Shown here: piece after piece, positions 1-13,203 of the stretch
Numbering within the stretch: position 1 is the first letter of the stretch
How the letters are laid out: every line of letters begins with the position of its first letter
NCBI GenBank assembly: GCA_951406725.2
Contig: OX597826.1
Coordinates: 9,176,001-9,240,000, forward strand
Length of the DNA: 64,000 nucleotides
Direction of reading: 5' to 3'
DNA from: Octopus vulgaris
Lineage: Eukaryota
Made by a program: the position numbers and the translations under genes
Notes under the pieces: generated by a model
Databases searched by the model: none
Told to the model about the DNA's origin: nothing
The model's input: only the letters and a program-made list of their open reading frames with translations

Positions 1-904
1 AATAAACAGCATTCACCTACCCTGTTTCTACACGAAGGACTAAAAGCCTGAGATGTCAAACTCTGAACTCTGCTTTGTTCTTCTTGCAATGTAAACTAAT
101 TGCTTTGTTTCCATTCCTGAACTCTCTTGGATTATATCATGTTCGCTGATGCCGTAGCCACTTCAGTTTGAACCGGATGGAATTAGTAACTGCTATAAAA
201 ACATCTATGACCTCACATTTATCTGCTATGTCAAACTTCAAATTCTTTCTTTCTATATAATTTTATATACTTACAAATGCTTACACTAACACATGAAGAG
301 TATATTCTTAAAAAAAGACTCTCTCACACACTTTGCTAAAGAAACAAGGCTTTAAAACTCATTTATTATCTCCCTTGACTGGAACTTTTCTGTTGAGAAA
401 CTTCACTCTTTCTTTTATTTCCTTCGGTCATTTGTTTGACATTCTCTTTCCTGTCCATGGAGAAGGACTATAGTCCATGTCTGCTGATTAACAATATTTA
501 ACTATCTTGTTTCTTGATGAATTAGTTTGAAGCTTGAGACATTGAACTCTGACTTCTACTTTGTTTCTCTTACAGCATTAACGAATTATTTTGATTTTTT
601 ATTCCTCAAATCTTTTGGATTATCACTTATATATGTTGATGCTGTACTCATTCTCTTGATAAGACCTGGACTCCCTATTGACTTTTTTTTTTTGAATATA
701 CATTGGGAAGGCCTACTACTTTTGAGCTATATTATCATTAGTCACTGTATGTCCTCATTTAACCTTTATCACACTGATTCGACCCTACAATAGTTTCCCC
801 TGTCACTGCATTATTTTTGAGGGAACAAAAGACATGAGCACCTTCTGTTTTAAAATCATTATAACTTTCATTTTATTGCATGTACAGATTTTATTTTCTG
901 TGTT

Positions 905-1459
905 CTAATAAAGGAATGAACGAATAATATTTTGAAGTAATGTATTAAGGAATAGATGAAAGAGCTGCCCCTCAAAAATGTATCTCCTTTGGGTCTCTAC
1001 TTTCCTTAAATCAGCCAACCATGGATCATAGTATCTCTTTGGTGTATTGTTCTCAATATAACTGTAAGCACAGTCTATGTCTTTATCATCAGCTTGAATA
1101 ATTTTGCCATCGATATCCACCTCAGTAAAGCCTTCAAAATCATCATCTGAGTCAGAATCAAACAAGATTCCTTCAAGAAAAGCTTCAAATGGGAGAGTGG
1201 TAAAAAATCAAACAAAAACTAAGTTCAATTTCAAAGCTTGATCACTTTGTGGTTTAGTATATAAACAGTGAAAATGGTATCAGAAAACGGAAATTTTGTT
1301 CTGAATCGAATGTAGCCAGTTTACAGCTTAAAGTACTGGAAATAAACCTAGTGGTGTGTTTATTTTAAGCCCCCTTCTCAAGGTGACAAAATGTACCTGC
1401 AGCTACAGGAGAGAGAACTTGTGGGTGACAAATTGTGACAACAGTGCAGAGAAGGTTAA
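905..1459 (-). mobile_element. Degenerate piggyBac-like transposon 5' end with acidic transposase N-terminus remnant
   Basis: ORF 905-1165 (-) begins FDSDSDDDFEGF, like acidic piggyBac/PGBD N-termini. The end reads gcagagaagg-TTAA (TTAA 1456-1459), a piggyBac-type terminus. No catalytic domain is readable. Confidence 0.45.
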
Positions 1460-1699
1460 TGTCCACATTTCCATGCTTGCATGGGTTAGATGGAATTTGT
1501 TGAGACAGATTTTCTTCATTCAGTTTCCCTTCCTGTTACCAACCCTCACCTTTTTACAAGCAAGGTAATATTTTCCCATGGTCAGACATGCTTTTCCCAG
1601 AAGACGGGACATGAACAATCTTGCTTGTATGATGATGATGCTCATTTACAATGATCACATGTCTTAACAAGGGTACACTTAAATATACACACACACATA

Positions 1700-1935
1700 T
1701 ATGACCAAGGATATCACATGGTGAAAGATGGGGCTCAATATGTCCGGATATGGCCAATCAGGCTGATGTATGCTCGGAAGGTTCCATCACAGGTCAGGCA
1801 CTGGTGGTCTCCTGGGAATGAAGGCAAGAAGTTGGCTCTGGATTTGCACATCTCACATTTTCTTTGTGCCCCTGCAATCCCATCCTGTCTGTCGGAGGTG
1901 GCACCTCTTTGGTGAGGCCACATCAGGCAGAGCAG
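1700..1935 (-). mobile_element. RTE-type LINE 3' fragment with C-terminal C2H2 zinc finger
   Basis: ORF 1735-1923 ends HQCLTCDGTFRAYISLIGHIRTY, matching the CxxC...F....L..H.RTH end of RTE-clade ORFs, preceded by a basic stretch. Confidence 0.7.
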
Positions 1936-2469
1936 TCCTGTTCTTGTAGTTTGGAGAAAAATACCTTTGCCACACTACATGCTGTGCTGGGTTTTACTTG
2001 AGGATTATGTTAAAGGTATAAATGTCTGTGGGATACACAGCCACTTAGACATTAATTCAATGAGTCAGTTGTCCAGTTAATCAAGCAATAATACTCATCA
2101 CCACTTACAAAGCTAGGTTTTGGCTCAAAACTGAAAATTTCAATAGCCATTACTCTGAGTTTTACCTTCTTTACATGAAGATTAAAACCATGAGTTATGG
2201 TTTGCGATGCTTTTTAGTTTCCAATCATCATTAGCATCATTGATTTTGTATCCTCTTCTCCATGATGGCATGAGTTGGAAGGGAGGGCTTTTTGTGACAA
2301 ATGTTTTATATTGTAGCTATATAGTTAAGAATCTTGCTTCACAACCACATTGCTGATATTGGGTTCAAATCCTGCTGAAGTCAGTGCTTGTCTTTCATCT
2401 TTCTGGAAGTCTGTAAATAAAGTATGTGATAAGTGTGGAGTGGAGCTTGGGGGGGTGATTTAAAATTAC

Positions 2470-2850
2470 TATGAAACATTGAAGATGTGAATGGAATTAT
2501 AAAAGAAGACTACACTAAAGACAGTTGTGAACAAGTTGGTGGTGTTAAATCAGGCAATAAATGAGGCCTTGAAAAAAAAGAAATAATGATAAAGACAGAT
2601 TTGGATTACATTGTAACTGAAAATAGCAGACAAACCATTTCAGCTGATGAAAGAAAGTTGGAAGAAAGAAGAACTAAGGACAGACTTGAGACCATTGGAC
2701 TTCACAGAAGAGATGACAAAGAATTGCAATACATAAATTGACATTGTATATGACAGAAAGTGTACAAAGTCTACTTTGGCACAAATAAAATGGTTAGAAA
2801 AAGAACATTAACAAAAAGGTAAAATGAACACAAAATGAAATAGATAAACA
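2470..2850 (+). mobile_element. Highly degenerate non-LTR retrotransposon fragment (probably the endonuclease-RT linker)
   Basis: A-rich, coding-like Lys/Glu-rich patches broken by stops and frameshifts. Family assignment is inference. Confidence 0.3.
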
Positions 2851-3112
2851 AACAAACAAACAAACCAACCCCGCCAAGACGACCATCCTGCAGGAATCAG
2901 GCACCGAAATCTCATGTATCACTTAATCACTATAATACCAAGTCATGTAAATATTTCAATAAATATTTTCTATGCAATATTCATTATTATTCCTAGCCAT
3001 GTTCCATGCTGATCATTTCTTTACACAGCTTGGAAATTAATCTAATATTGCTTATGTATAAAAGCATTCCCAGAATGTCCTGCCTTCCAGTTCTTCTTTC
3101 CTTTCTTCCTTC

Positions 3113-3425
3113 CAACCACCACCACCACCACCACCACCACCACCACCACCGCCATTACGATTACCAACACCACTGCCACCACCAACTACATTATGGCTGA
3201 CATTGCCACAACAACCACCACACTAACTAGCACAACTCCCCCCAGACAGACACACCACCACCATCTTGTATACCACACCCACATACAAATATACTATTAC
3301 TACTACTACTACTAGAACTGACATCCCCATATACAAACACCACCATCACCACACTGTTATCATTAACGATGTAATTACCACCAGACCACCGCCACCACCA
3401 CTGCCTCTACCACCATTACACTGCT
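3113..3425. repeat. (CAC)n/(TAC)n trinucleotide low-complexity tract
   Basis: Seen directly; explains the poly-His/Thr/Pro ORFs. Confidence 0.9.
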
Positions 3426-3596
3426 GCACTGGTTGTCATAGAAGTCAAAATACCAGACTATCAGTTAATCTTTTGTTACAATCCACAATGGCAATCCCTG
3501 TCCAAGAAGTGAGGCGTAAATATTAAAAATCAGGGAATTTCAGCTTTGCTTAAGGGATGTCAGGGTGTATCTGGGAAAGGTATGGGTTAGGGGACT

Positions 3597-4437
<841 letters not shown>

Positions 4438-4695
4438 TTGTGTATTTTATTAGTTTCATTCATTAGTCAGGGGCTATTTTGGGATGCCATGTTCAAGGGC
4501 TTCTTTTCATCAGATATATCACCTCAACCCCAGTATTTATTTTAGTCTGGTACTTATTTGATCAATTCCTACTTGTTGGTCCAGTAATTTGTATGTAAAG
4601 GCATAACAAATATTAGATAGTGGTATTTAGACTGATTTAAACATACACACAGAGTGAACACACACACACACACACACACTGGCTTAATACAGTTC

Positions 4696-4921
4696 CTTAT
4701 TTCTTTACTGCCCACAAGGGACTAAACACAGAGAGGACAGACAAACAGATTAAGTCAATTATATCGACCCAAGTGCATAACTGGTACTTATTTAATCGAC
4801 CCTGAAAGGATGAAAGGCAAAGTTGACCTTGGTGGAATTTGAACTCATAACATAAAGACAGACGAAATACCGCTAAGCATTTCACCCGCCATGCTAACAT
4901 TTCTGCCAGCTCGCCGCCTTA
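4696..4921 (-). mobile_element. SINE family B (head TAAGGCGGCGAGCTGGCAGAA), copy 1
   Basis: Minus strand reads taaggcggcgagctggcagaa ... gagttcaaattcc (B-box-like) ... tttgcctttcatcctttc. The same sequence recurs near 18135, 53680, 55000, 61140 and 62095. Confidence 0.85.
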
Positions 4922-4947
4922 ATTTAGTTTCTGGCTTAATACAGTTT

Positions 4948-5168
4948 CTTATTTCTTTATTGCCCACAAGAGGACAAACAAGGACAGACAGAGAGATTAA
5001 GTCGATTATGGTGACCCCAGTGCGTAACTGGTACTTAATTTATTGACCCTGAAAGGATGAAAGGTAAAGTCGATCTCGGCGGAATTTGAACTCAGAATGT
5101 AATGGCAGACGAAATACCGCTAAGTATTTTGCCCGGCGTGCAAACGTTTCTGCCAGCTCGTCGCCTTA
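4948..5168 (-). mobile_element. SINE family B, copy 2 (tandem)
   Basis: Near-identical to 4696-4921 and flanked by ttaatacagtttc repeats. Confidence 0.85.
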
Positions 5169-5513
5169 ATACAGTTTCTGGCTTAATACAGTTGGTCTGA
5201 GACAATAGCATAAAGTATTCATCTAAGATATCATACAGTGGAGCTAGATTCAAAATCACTAGGTTGCAAAAGGAACTTCTTAGAGGCCATGCCTCTGTGT
5301 GCATGTGTTTGCACATAGACAAAATGTTCTACAGTCTGATGGAACAGTGTTTTACTTGAAAACCAATAAGAATTGACCCAGAAAAAGTATTCAGTCATAG
5401 AATTCTACCTCAAGAATCTTGTCCAGCCTATGTCAGCATGAGTAAAATGATTATAAAAATGGATGCCATCACTCAGTACACACTCTGTAAAGTGGTTGGC
5501 TTTAGGAGGGGAA

Positions 5514-5592
5514 TTAACCCTTTTGTTACCATATTTCTGTTGAGATGCTCTCTGTTTCTTTCAATTCTAAATACAACAAAGAATTTAGTAAA

Positions 5593-5595
<3 letters not shown>
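5514..5595 (+). mobile_element. piggyBac-type MITE left-end fragment
   Basis: TTAA-CCCTTTTGTTACC terminus; a related right end ggttacaaagggg-TTAA lies at ~48596-48611. Confidence 0.5.
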
Positions 5596-5630
<35 letters not shown>

Positions 5631-5864
5631 GACCTTGTTTAGACCTGCCTGCACTAGATTCAAAATTGAATCCACACACTTGTTTGTTGGGCAAAAATCT
5701 GATCCTTTATCCATTATCTCTACGTTGGAAGATTGATGGGAAACACTTGACCTCCTAGGACCTTTACTGGTCATGGAAGGGTCACTCCTTTGTTTAAGGT
5801 TTCACCTACTTCCTGGTTATATAACCTCATCTTTAACATCCACTCTTATTTACTATCATTGTCA

Positions 5865-6300
5865 TTACTTTATCCCATAGTCTGGCTGACCTTTGGAGCA
5901 CCACTGATGACTTTGTGACCAGATCCCTCCATTCATTTCTATCCTCTGCCTCTCATCTTTAGGCCTGTGCACTCACAGATATTATTTTCCCACCTCTTTC
6001 CCAGTCTGCCTGTGTGTCTTCCACCTTTGACTGTTTCCTGAAGGATTGTTTTGGCCATCCCTGATGAGTGTGTCACGTGCTTAAACCACCTGAGCTTGTG
6101 TTTCTTTACTGTGGTAAAAAGTTCCTCATTCAGCCTAATTGCTTGCCTTATTCTTCTTTTCACTTCCTCATTTGTGATACGATCTCTGTATGATATTCGT
6201 AAAAGTCTCCTGAAGCATTTCATCTCTGTAGCCTGGATTCTTCTTTCAGTTTCTGCTGTCAGTGTCCATGTTGCACAGGCATATAGGAAAGCACAGAGAA
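5865..6300 (-). mobile_element. RTE-clade LINE ORF C-terminus and 3' end
   Basis: LYACATWTLTAETERRIQATEMKCFRRLLRISYRDRITNEEV...KLRWFKHV...KTILQETVKGGRHTGRLGKRW..NI is the typical post-RT region of RTE elements. Confidence 0.9.
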
Positions 6301-9300
6301 AACAAAAGTTGTCCATCTCTGTCATGGTACATCACTTCCTCACCTCCCACATCATCTCCATATTTTCTGATCTATCCACAGGGTTTATTATACTGCTGCT
6401 CTCCCCCTTCCTAAGCCACTCTTGGTTTTTCGACCCACTCTCATACTGATATTTGCCATCTACCACACCTCCACCTTTGTTCCACTTCATTCACCTCTAC
6501 ACCAAATTCCTAGCCTTCTGTCACTTTCTATTTACCTTTCTCCCTAACGAACTTAACCATTTGCCCTTCCTGATTTTTTTTATCCAATCCATGTTCTCTC
6601 ATACTCCCTTACTTGCATCTTGAGTGTATGCTCTGACATCTCATCACTACCATCATCTTCTTTCCTGCTACTCCCACCCACTCATATAATGATGGGTAGC
6701 CATGTTTCTCCTCTATAGAAAGACACCTGTGTCTGTCCCTCTGTTATACTTTTGTCTCTCGGCACCTGCATAAAGCCACCTTCTTCTCTACTACAGCTTC
6801 ACTCACCTGAGGATTTTTTTTCTTCTTTGTCTTGTGGGTTACTCGGCAACTTCTCTACTGCTGGTACCATGAACAAATAAAAGCACTCACTACACTCAGT
6901 AAAAGGATTGGCGTTAGGAAGAGTAGCCAACTGTAGAAACCATACCAAAACATGCATTGGAGTTCAACATAGCCCTCCACTTCATTGGATTCTGTCAGAC
7001 TGTCCAACCCATGCCAGCATGGAAGATAGTTGCTACATGATAATAATAATAATAATTATGATGTGTGTGTATACAAATATGTAGGTTTTATATGTATGTA
7101 TGAATGTATATGAGCATGCATATATACATGGATATATGTAAATGAATGTATATCAATGAATATACATATATGTAAATAAATGTATTAGCATGTGTGTGTG
7201 TGTGTGTGTGTGTATATGCATATACATACATTCACAAATATATATATATATATATACATAAAAAATATAAATATATATATATGTAAATGAACATATGTAT
7301 GTATAGGAATATATGTACAATTTATGTGTCTTATATATATATATACATGCATATGGTGTTGTATATGTGTATGTATGTATGTATGTATATATATATAATT
7401 CTGATAGTAGTTACTGGAAATTATTCCATTGCTTAATGCTGTAATTAGATGTTAGATGCTTTCATCTTGAGTATGGCCATAAACAAAACTATAAAAAATA
7501 ATATAAAAAAGCAACAAGAGGTTAACAATAAAATAAATATAAGAATTCTAATAGAAAATATATAGTGAGCCAACCATAAATATGTTTTTGCATGTGTGAG
7601 TTGATAAGTGTATGTGTGTCTGTGTTAGTATGTGTGCAATCTGTAGTTGTATAAATTAATGTAAATGTGTATATTTTGCTGGAAGTGAAGGTATGTATAA
7701 ACTATAATCTGCAGATATATCTTGATGTGTGTGGGTGGGTTGTATGAATATATATGCTTGTAGGTGTCTGTAACTGTGTAGCAATCACAGGAAATGTGGC
7801 CTTGGATAAAATTGCATTTGTGTGTGTGTGTGTTAAGGCAAAAATATATGAAGTTTAGAATCTGCTGAAATCTAATATATATATATATATATATATTTTT
7901 GTCAGTATAAATATGTATGTGTTTCTGTGTGTTTGTACGAGTTTGTGTAAATCTTTATGTTGAGGCGAAGGTATATAGCAAAAATCTACAAATATGTTTG
8001 TATACGTATACATGTGTTTCCATGTGCCTAAATGCGTATGAACCTGTAAATGTGGATCTATATAAATTGTACATATGTGAGTATTAAAGCAAAGCTGTAT
8101 AATAATATTTAGAATATGTTGGAAACTAATATATGTTTGTAGAGTTTATAGATGTAAGTGTTCGTTTAGGTTACATGAGTCTGTCTGTCTGTGTAAATGT
8201 GTATGTTGATTCACAAGCTTATAATATCGAGAATCTACTGAAATCTTGTCTGTGTGTATGAAGCTGTGTAAAATGCCCAAGTCTGTAAATCCTTTAATCA
8301 TTTTTATTTTATTGTTCTTTGTCAACAATAATTTCATAATATTAGATTTAATACAGACATACATTCACAGTATGGTATGATTCTTATATATATATTCATA
8401 CATACAAATATACACACACAACCCCATACATATGCACATATATACATATGAACATGCAGTCCACATAAACATACATGTAGATGTAAATATATACACTATA
8501 TACACATAAGCCCATACATCCATAGTAGCTGAGTAAAAAGTATTGAGTCCACTCTTCAGAGTGGTTGGTGTTAGGAAGGGCATCCAGCCTTAAAAACCCT
8601 GCCAAAACAGACACAGTAGTCTGGGGCAGTCTTCTACCTGACTGGCTCCTGTCAACCATTGTACCCATGCATGCATGGAAGATGGACATTAAATGATCAT
8701 GATGATGCATAGTGTGCAGTGTGTGTGTGCTAGTATCTGTGAAGTTGTGACCAGGCATAAGCTTCGTAATCATATGACTATGGGTTCAATTCCCATACAG
8801 GACAGCATGTCGTATCTCTAAACAAGACGCTTCATTTCATGTTACTTGAGTCTACTCAGCTTGAATTGTGTGCCAGCTAAATAAGTTCCCTCCGACATCC
8901 TCAGTGTTCGGCTGTATAGGTCAAAGGCAGGAGGGATGAGAGGCTGCTTATGCCTACTCGCAACTGCATAGATCTCTAAAACCATTTGCAAAAGCATAGT
9001 GCTTGCTACAAAAAGTCAAATTTACTTGTGAGTGATGGTTATGTGTTTTTGTCATGCATGTGTATATATATATGTTTGCATATGTATATGATGTAGAACG
9101 AGCATTACCCTGTTGTACATGGTAAGGCTCATTTACAACCGTCATAGCTGCCAAGACACACACACATGCACTCAAATTACACATACACACATACGAGCCT
9201 CATTTAGTTTCTGTCCACCAAATCCATTCACAAGGCTTTGGTCAGTCTGAGGCTATAGTAGAAGACACTTGCCCCAGATGCTGCTCAGTGGTATTGAACT

Positions 9301-11147
9301 TGAGACTACATGGTTGGAAAGGAAGTTTCTTAGCCACAAAGCCTCTGTGTGTGTGTCTGTGTAAAGATGGCCAACTGGCTTAATTGAACAAAATGCCTTT
9401 GATAATCATTCTAGCTTCTGGCATTCTGAGTTTAAATCCCATCAAGATCAACCTCCTTTCTGGGCTGATGAACTACCAGTCAAGTACTAGAGTCATTTCC
9501 TCTCTCTCTTTCTCCCCCTCTCTCCACTTTATTGCTCTTAGATTCAGTTATGTTACATTATGAAAAGGCATGGTCAGCCTATCCTTTCTCTTGGCTTGTA
9601 AGTTAACTTAAGAAATTAATCCCTAATTTCTTGAAATTGTTTTTCTTGAAGAATCACTCAGTGTTGTTGCTAATGTTTGTTTTCTTTCTCCAACTAAATG
9701 GGAAATTTCAGTTCATTATGGCACTCAGTACATTATCCTTTGACATTACAACATATATACATATATACACAAGCAAAGTGGCTAGTTAGAAAAGCTCTAA
9801 AAGAGATGAAAGTAGTTACCATACTGAGAAGTAAGGTTTATCACCACATCAATATGGCTTTTCAACGTTACTACCATTTAACTCCTGCTTGTAATATACA
9901 CCGGGTGCAGATTGCACCGATAACTGGCTGGTGGAGGCTCTGCCTGGGGTTAAATGGCAGTAATGTCAAACAGCCATATTGATGTGGCGATAAACATGAT
10001 GTGTGTGTGTAGTGTGCTTGTATATGTATTTATATACACACACACACACACACACACATATAATGTGCTTTATATATATGTGTGTGCATCTGTCAGGCTT
10101 TGGTTTCAGGCCAGTATATTGATTTCATTTTGTACCATAATCCTTTAGGTTTTCAATCACTTTCTCACTTACTTTTGTTTCATCTTCTTCCCTACTTCAT
10201 GAAGGTTCTGTAGTAACATTGCACACACACAAGCCCCCCCCCCGCTCTCTCTCATCTATACATAAACACTTATCTCCTTTCCCCTATCTAAACAATAAAC
10301 TCACTCAGTCATTCTTCACCCACACATGCACACAGTCACTTTTTCCAGCCTTCACACACACACACTCTCTCTCTCAGCCACATGCTGTCTGTCTCTCTTT
10401 CTATTTTACTGTTTCCTGTCCATGGACTAATATCATGCTAAGGCAATCCCTTCAAGGGTTCAGTTGATCATGAATCCCACTACTTATTTCCATTTGATAC
10501 TTTTTTAATTGAGCTCTACTTGTTGAACTGCTAGGTTGCAAGTCATACCAAAACGCAACATGAACAACATCATGAATGGTAAAACTTGTTTAAATGTTAA
10601 CACAATGTGGCACACACACACGCACACACACAATAGGCTTCTGCATCAAATTCCACTCACGTGTATTCATCAACTTGAGATTATGATAGAAGATTCTTGC
10701 TCAAAGTGCTACATGCAAAGTGTCACATGGTGAAACTAAACATGAAGCTACAGTGTTGTGAAATAGTCACACATCCATGCCGCTCTCTGTGTACATACAT
10801 TTACAATCAAGAATGAAACTCATACATACATATAACATCATCATTTAGCATCTGCTTTCCATGCTGGCATTGGTTAATGAGTTTAACTGGAACTGGTAAG
10901 CCGGAGAGCTGTACCAGGTTCCAGTCTGATTTGGTTTGGTTTCTATGGCTGGATGTTCTTCCTAATGCCAGCGACTTCAAGAGTGTAGTGGGTTCCTTTC
11001 ACATGTCACTGGCACCAGTCACGATTACAAATTCTTTTGGCTTGATGAGTCTTCTCAAGCACAGCAAATGGCCAAAGGTCTCGATTGCTTGTCATTGCTT
11101 CCATGAGCCCCAACATTCAAAATATGTATTTATATATAAAGCATGAA

Positions 11148-11538
11148 GGTGTAGGAGTGGCTGTGTGGTAAGTAGCTTGCTTATGAACCACATGGTTCCG
11201 GGTTCAGTTCCACTGCGTGGCACCTTGGGCAAGTGTCTTCTGCTATAGCCTTGGGCCAATCAAAGTCTTGTGAGTGGATTTGGTAGATGGAAACTGAAAG
11301 AAGCCCATTGTATATATATATATATATATAAGTATGTGTGTGTCTGTGTTTGTCCCCCCAACATCACTTGACAACCGATGCTGGCGTGTTTACGTCCTCG
11401 TAACTTAGCGGTTCGGCAAAAGAGTCCGATAGAATAAGTACTAGGCTTACAAAGAATAAGTCCTGTTGTCAATTTGCTCGACTAAAGGCGGTGCTCCAGC
11501 ATGGCCACAAGCACATGATTGAAACAACTAAAAGAGTA
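11148..11538 (+). mobile_element. tRNA-derived CORE-type SINE family A, full length
   Basis: A box tggctgtgtgg, B box ggttcagttcc, CORE-like ccttgggcaagtgtcttc, internal (TA)/(TG) tract and A-rich tail. About 20 copies occur in the window. Confidence 0.9.
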
Positions 11539-12510
11539 ATCCATTCCAAGTCATATAGGATCAACTAGTTTCTTGGTTCCTGTGGCATGTATAATCTTCC
11601 CTAGATGGGATACTAGTTCATCGTAGGATTACTCATTGTTGCTAGCTGAGTGGACTGAAATGAAGTGTTTTGCTCAAGAACACAATGCATTGCAGGGTAC
11701 AAGAATTGAAACCACAATCTTTTGGTCATGAGTCCAACACCCTAACCATCATACGCACACATGCATGCACACACACACGTATTTTTCTCAACCAATCAAT
11801 AGGCAAATTGAGTATACGTATCAATAATAAACTTATAATAACAATTGGAAACAACTGTAAGTCAGATTTACTACAAAAAGAAACATATGCAATGATCATT
11901 ATTTATGCCTTGTCTTATATATCACTCTGTATAAAAACCAGTATAACTGGAGCACAACCAGAGATTTACAATATAGCATGGCGATGAACTATAAACTTTT
12001 GACCCTGCCACAAGAATATGTAGAGTTCTTTACTAATCCAAACAATATTGTTAGCCTGGTGGAGATCTTATAAACAATTTTGCCCATATTGAATAATCCC
12101 TCATTAATAACTTTGTTTCATATATATATATATATATATATATCTTATTATAAATATATATATAAAGGCTGTTAATTAAGTAGACATATAGATAACTGGG
12201 CGACCTTATATTTTGTTTTAACTCTAAAACTCTTGTTGAGTTGGATTAAAAGATAAATGGAACTAACTCTATCTTAATTGTTGGGAACAGATGCTTCGCT
12301 GTCCAATCCCCTCCCCTCCCCAGTCCTCTAACCTCAATCAATGCTATAAATCTTAGATATCCCTCCACCCACACATGACATTATGTTGTCTTCTGCTATA
12401 ATACTACCCATCTGAACCAACAAATTCATTCTAGGACCAGCAAGGCTCATCAAATCATGAAGGTGCATATGCTGTTGATTTTTGATTGTTTCTAAATGTT
12501 GTGGTTCATG

Positions 12511-12598
12511 AATTTACCTGATGAAACGTTTTTTTTCCTTATCATGTAATGACTCCATTAATCAGTTAAAAATTCATTGGAAACAGCTGTAGTGAATT
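12511..12598 (+). ncRNA. Type I hammerhead-like motif with irregular, enlarged domain II
   Basis: Stem I AAUUUAC/GUGAAUU, CUGAUGA 12518-12524, GAAA 12580-12583, palindromic stem III ACAGCUGU, GUA triplet. The stem II closing pair is not canonical. Confidence 0.55.
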
Positions 12599-12677
12599 GA
12601 CACATTATCCATCTGTTATAGCAGTTGTCTGTTCGACTTTGCCAGGTAATGTCGGTCGTTTATTTATGATGTGTTCA

Positions 12678-12755
12678 GAATCAGTTCTACTGATGAGCAA
12701 AGACGCATTTTTTATGCGGTAAATGTGAAATCACAGGTGATATAGAACTAAATTC
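12678..12755 (+). ncRNA. Type I hammerhead ribozyme
   Basis: Stem I AGUUCUA (12683-89)/UAGAACU (12743-49), CUGAUGA 12690-96, stem II GCA/UGU plus CGCAU/AUGCG, GAAA 12727-30, stem III UCA/UGA, AUA triplet with predicted cleavage after 12742. Confidence 0.8.
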
Positions 12756-13000
12756 ATTTTTTAAATGTCTTGCTTTGAAAAACTGCATTAGGTATGATTA
12801 GTGAAATTTTGGTAGTAATGACTTATGTCCCTCTTAGTGTGAGGCGTTTGTGTGTAATAATGCCCTCTATACAATATAAATTAATATGTTCAAAAGAAAA
12901 AATTATTTTCAAATTTTTCTCTTATGAGGTTTTTCACGCTAACTACCTGATAATTTCTTGTTAAGATTCCTTATTAAGAAGTTATCCTTAATTGTTAAAG

Positions 13001-13047
<47 letters not shown>

Positions 13048-13050
<3 letters not shown>

Positions 13051-13203
13051 GAGTGGTTGGCGTTAGGAAGGGCATCCAGCCGTAGAAACATTGCCAGATC
13101 AGACTGGGCCTGGTGCAGCCTTCTGGCTTCCCAGACCCCATTGAACCGTCCAACTGATGCTAGCATGGAAAGCGGACGCTAAACGATGATGATGATGATG
13201 ATG
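13048..13203 (+). mobile_element. 5'-truncated RTE LINE 3' end with (GAT)n tail, next to a (TA)n tract
   Basis: gagtggttggcgttaggaagggcatccagc...catggaaagcggacgctaaacgatgatgat matches the 3' UTR attached to the RTE ORF at 23385-24100. About 15 copies occur in the window. Confidence 0.8.

Larger units (their letters stand above)
11850..12900 (+). mobile_element. Penelope-like element remnant (GIY-YIG C-terminus plus ribozyme-bearing 3'/pLTR region)
   Basis: Frameshifted LSYI...YNIAWR and TFDPATRICR (~11910-12025) resemble the W.I....Y.P..K.C.LC motif of PLE endonucleases. Hammerhead motifs follow. Confidence 0.6.

Noticed and set aside
25-62. cgaagg...gcctgagatgtca resembling a PLE hammerhead
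   Set aside because: Both CUGA and GAAA boxes are broken.
11148-11225. SINE heads as tRNA genes
   Set aside because: A/B boxes only, no full cloverleaf, always followed by SINE body.
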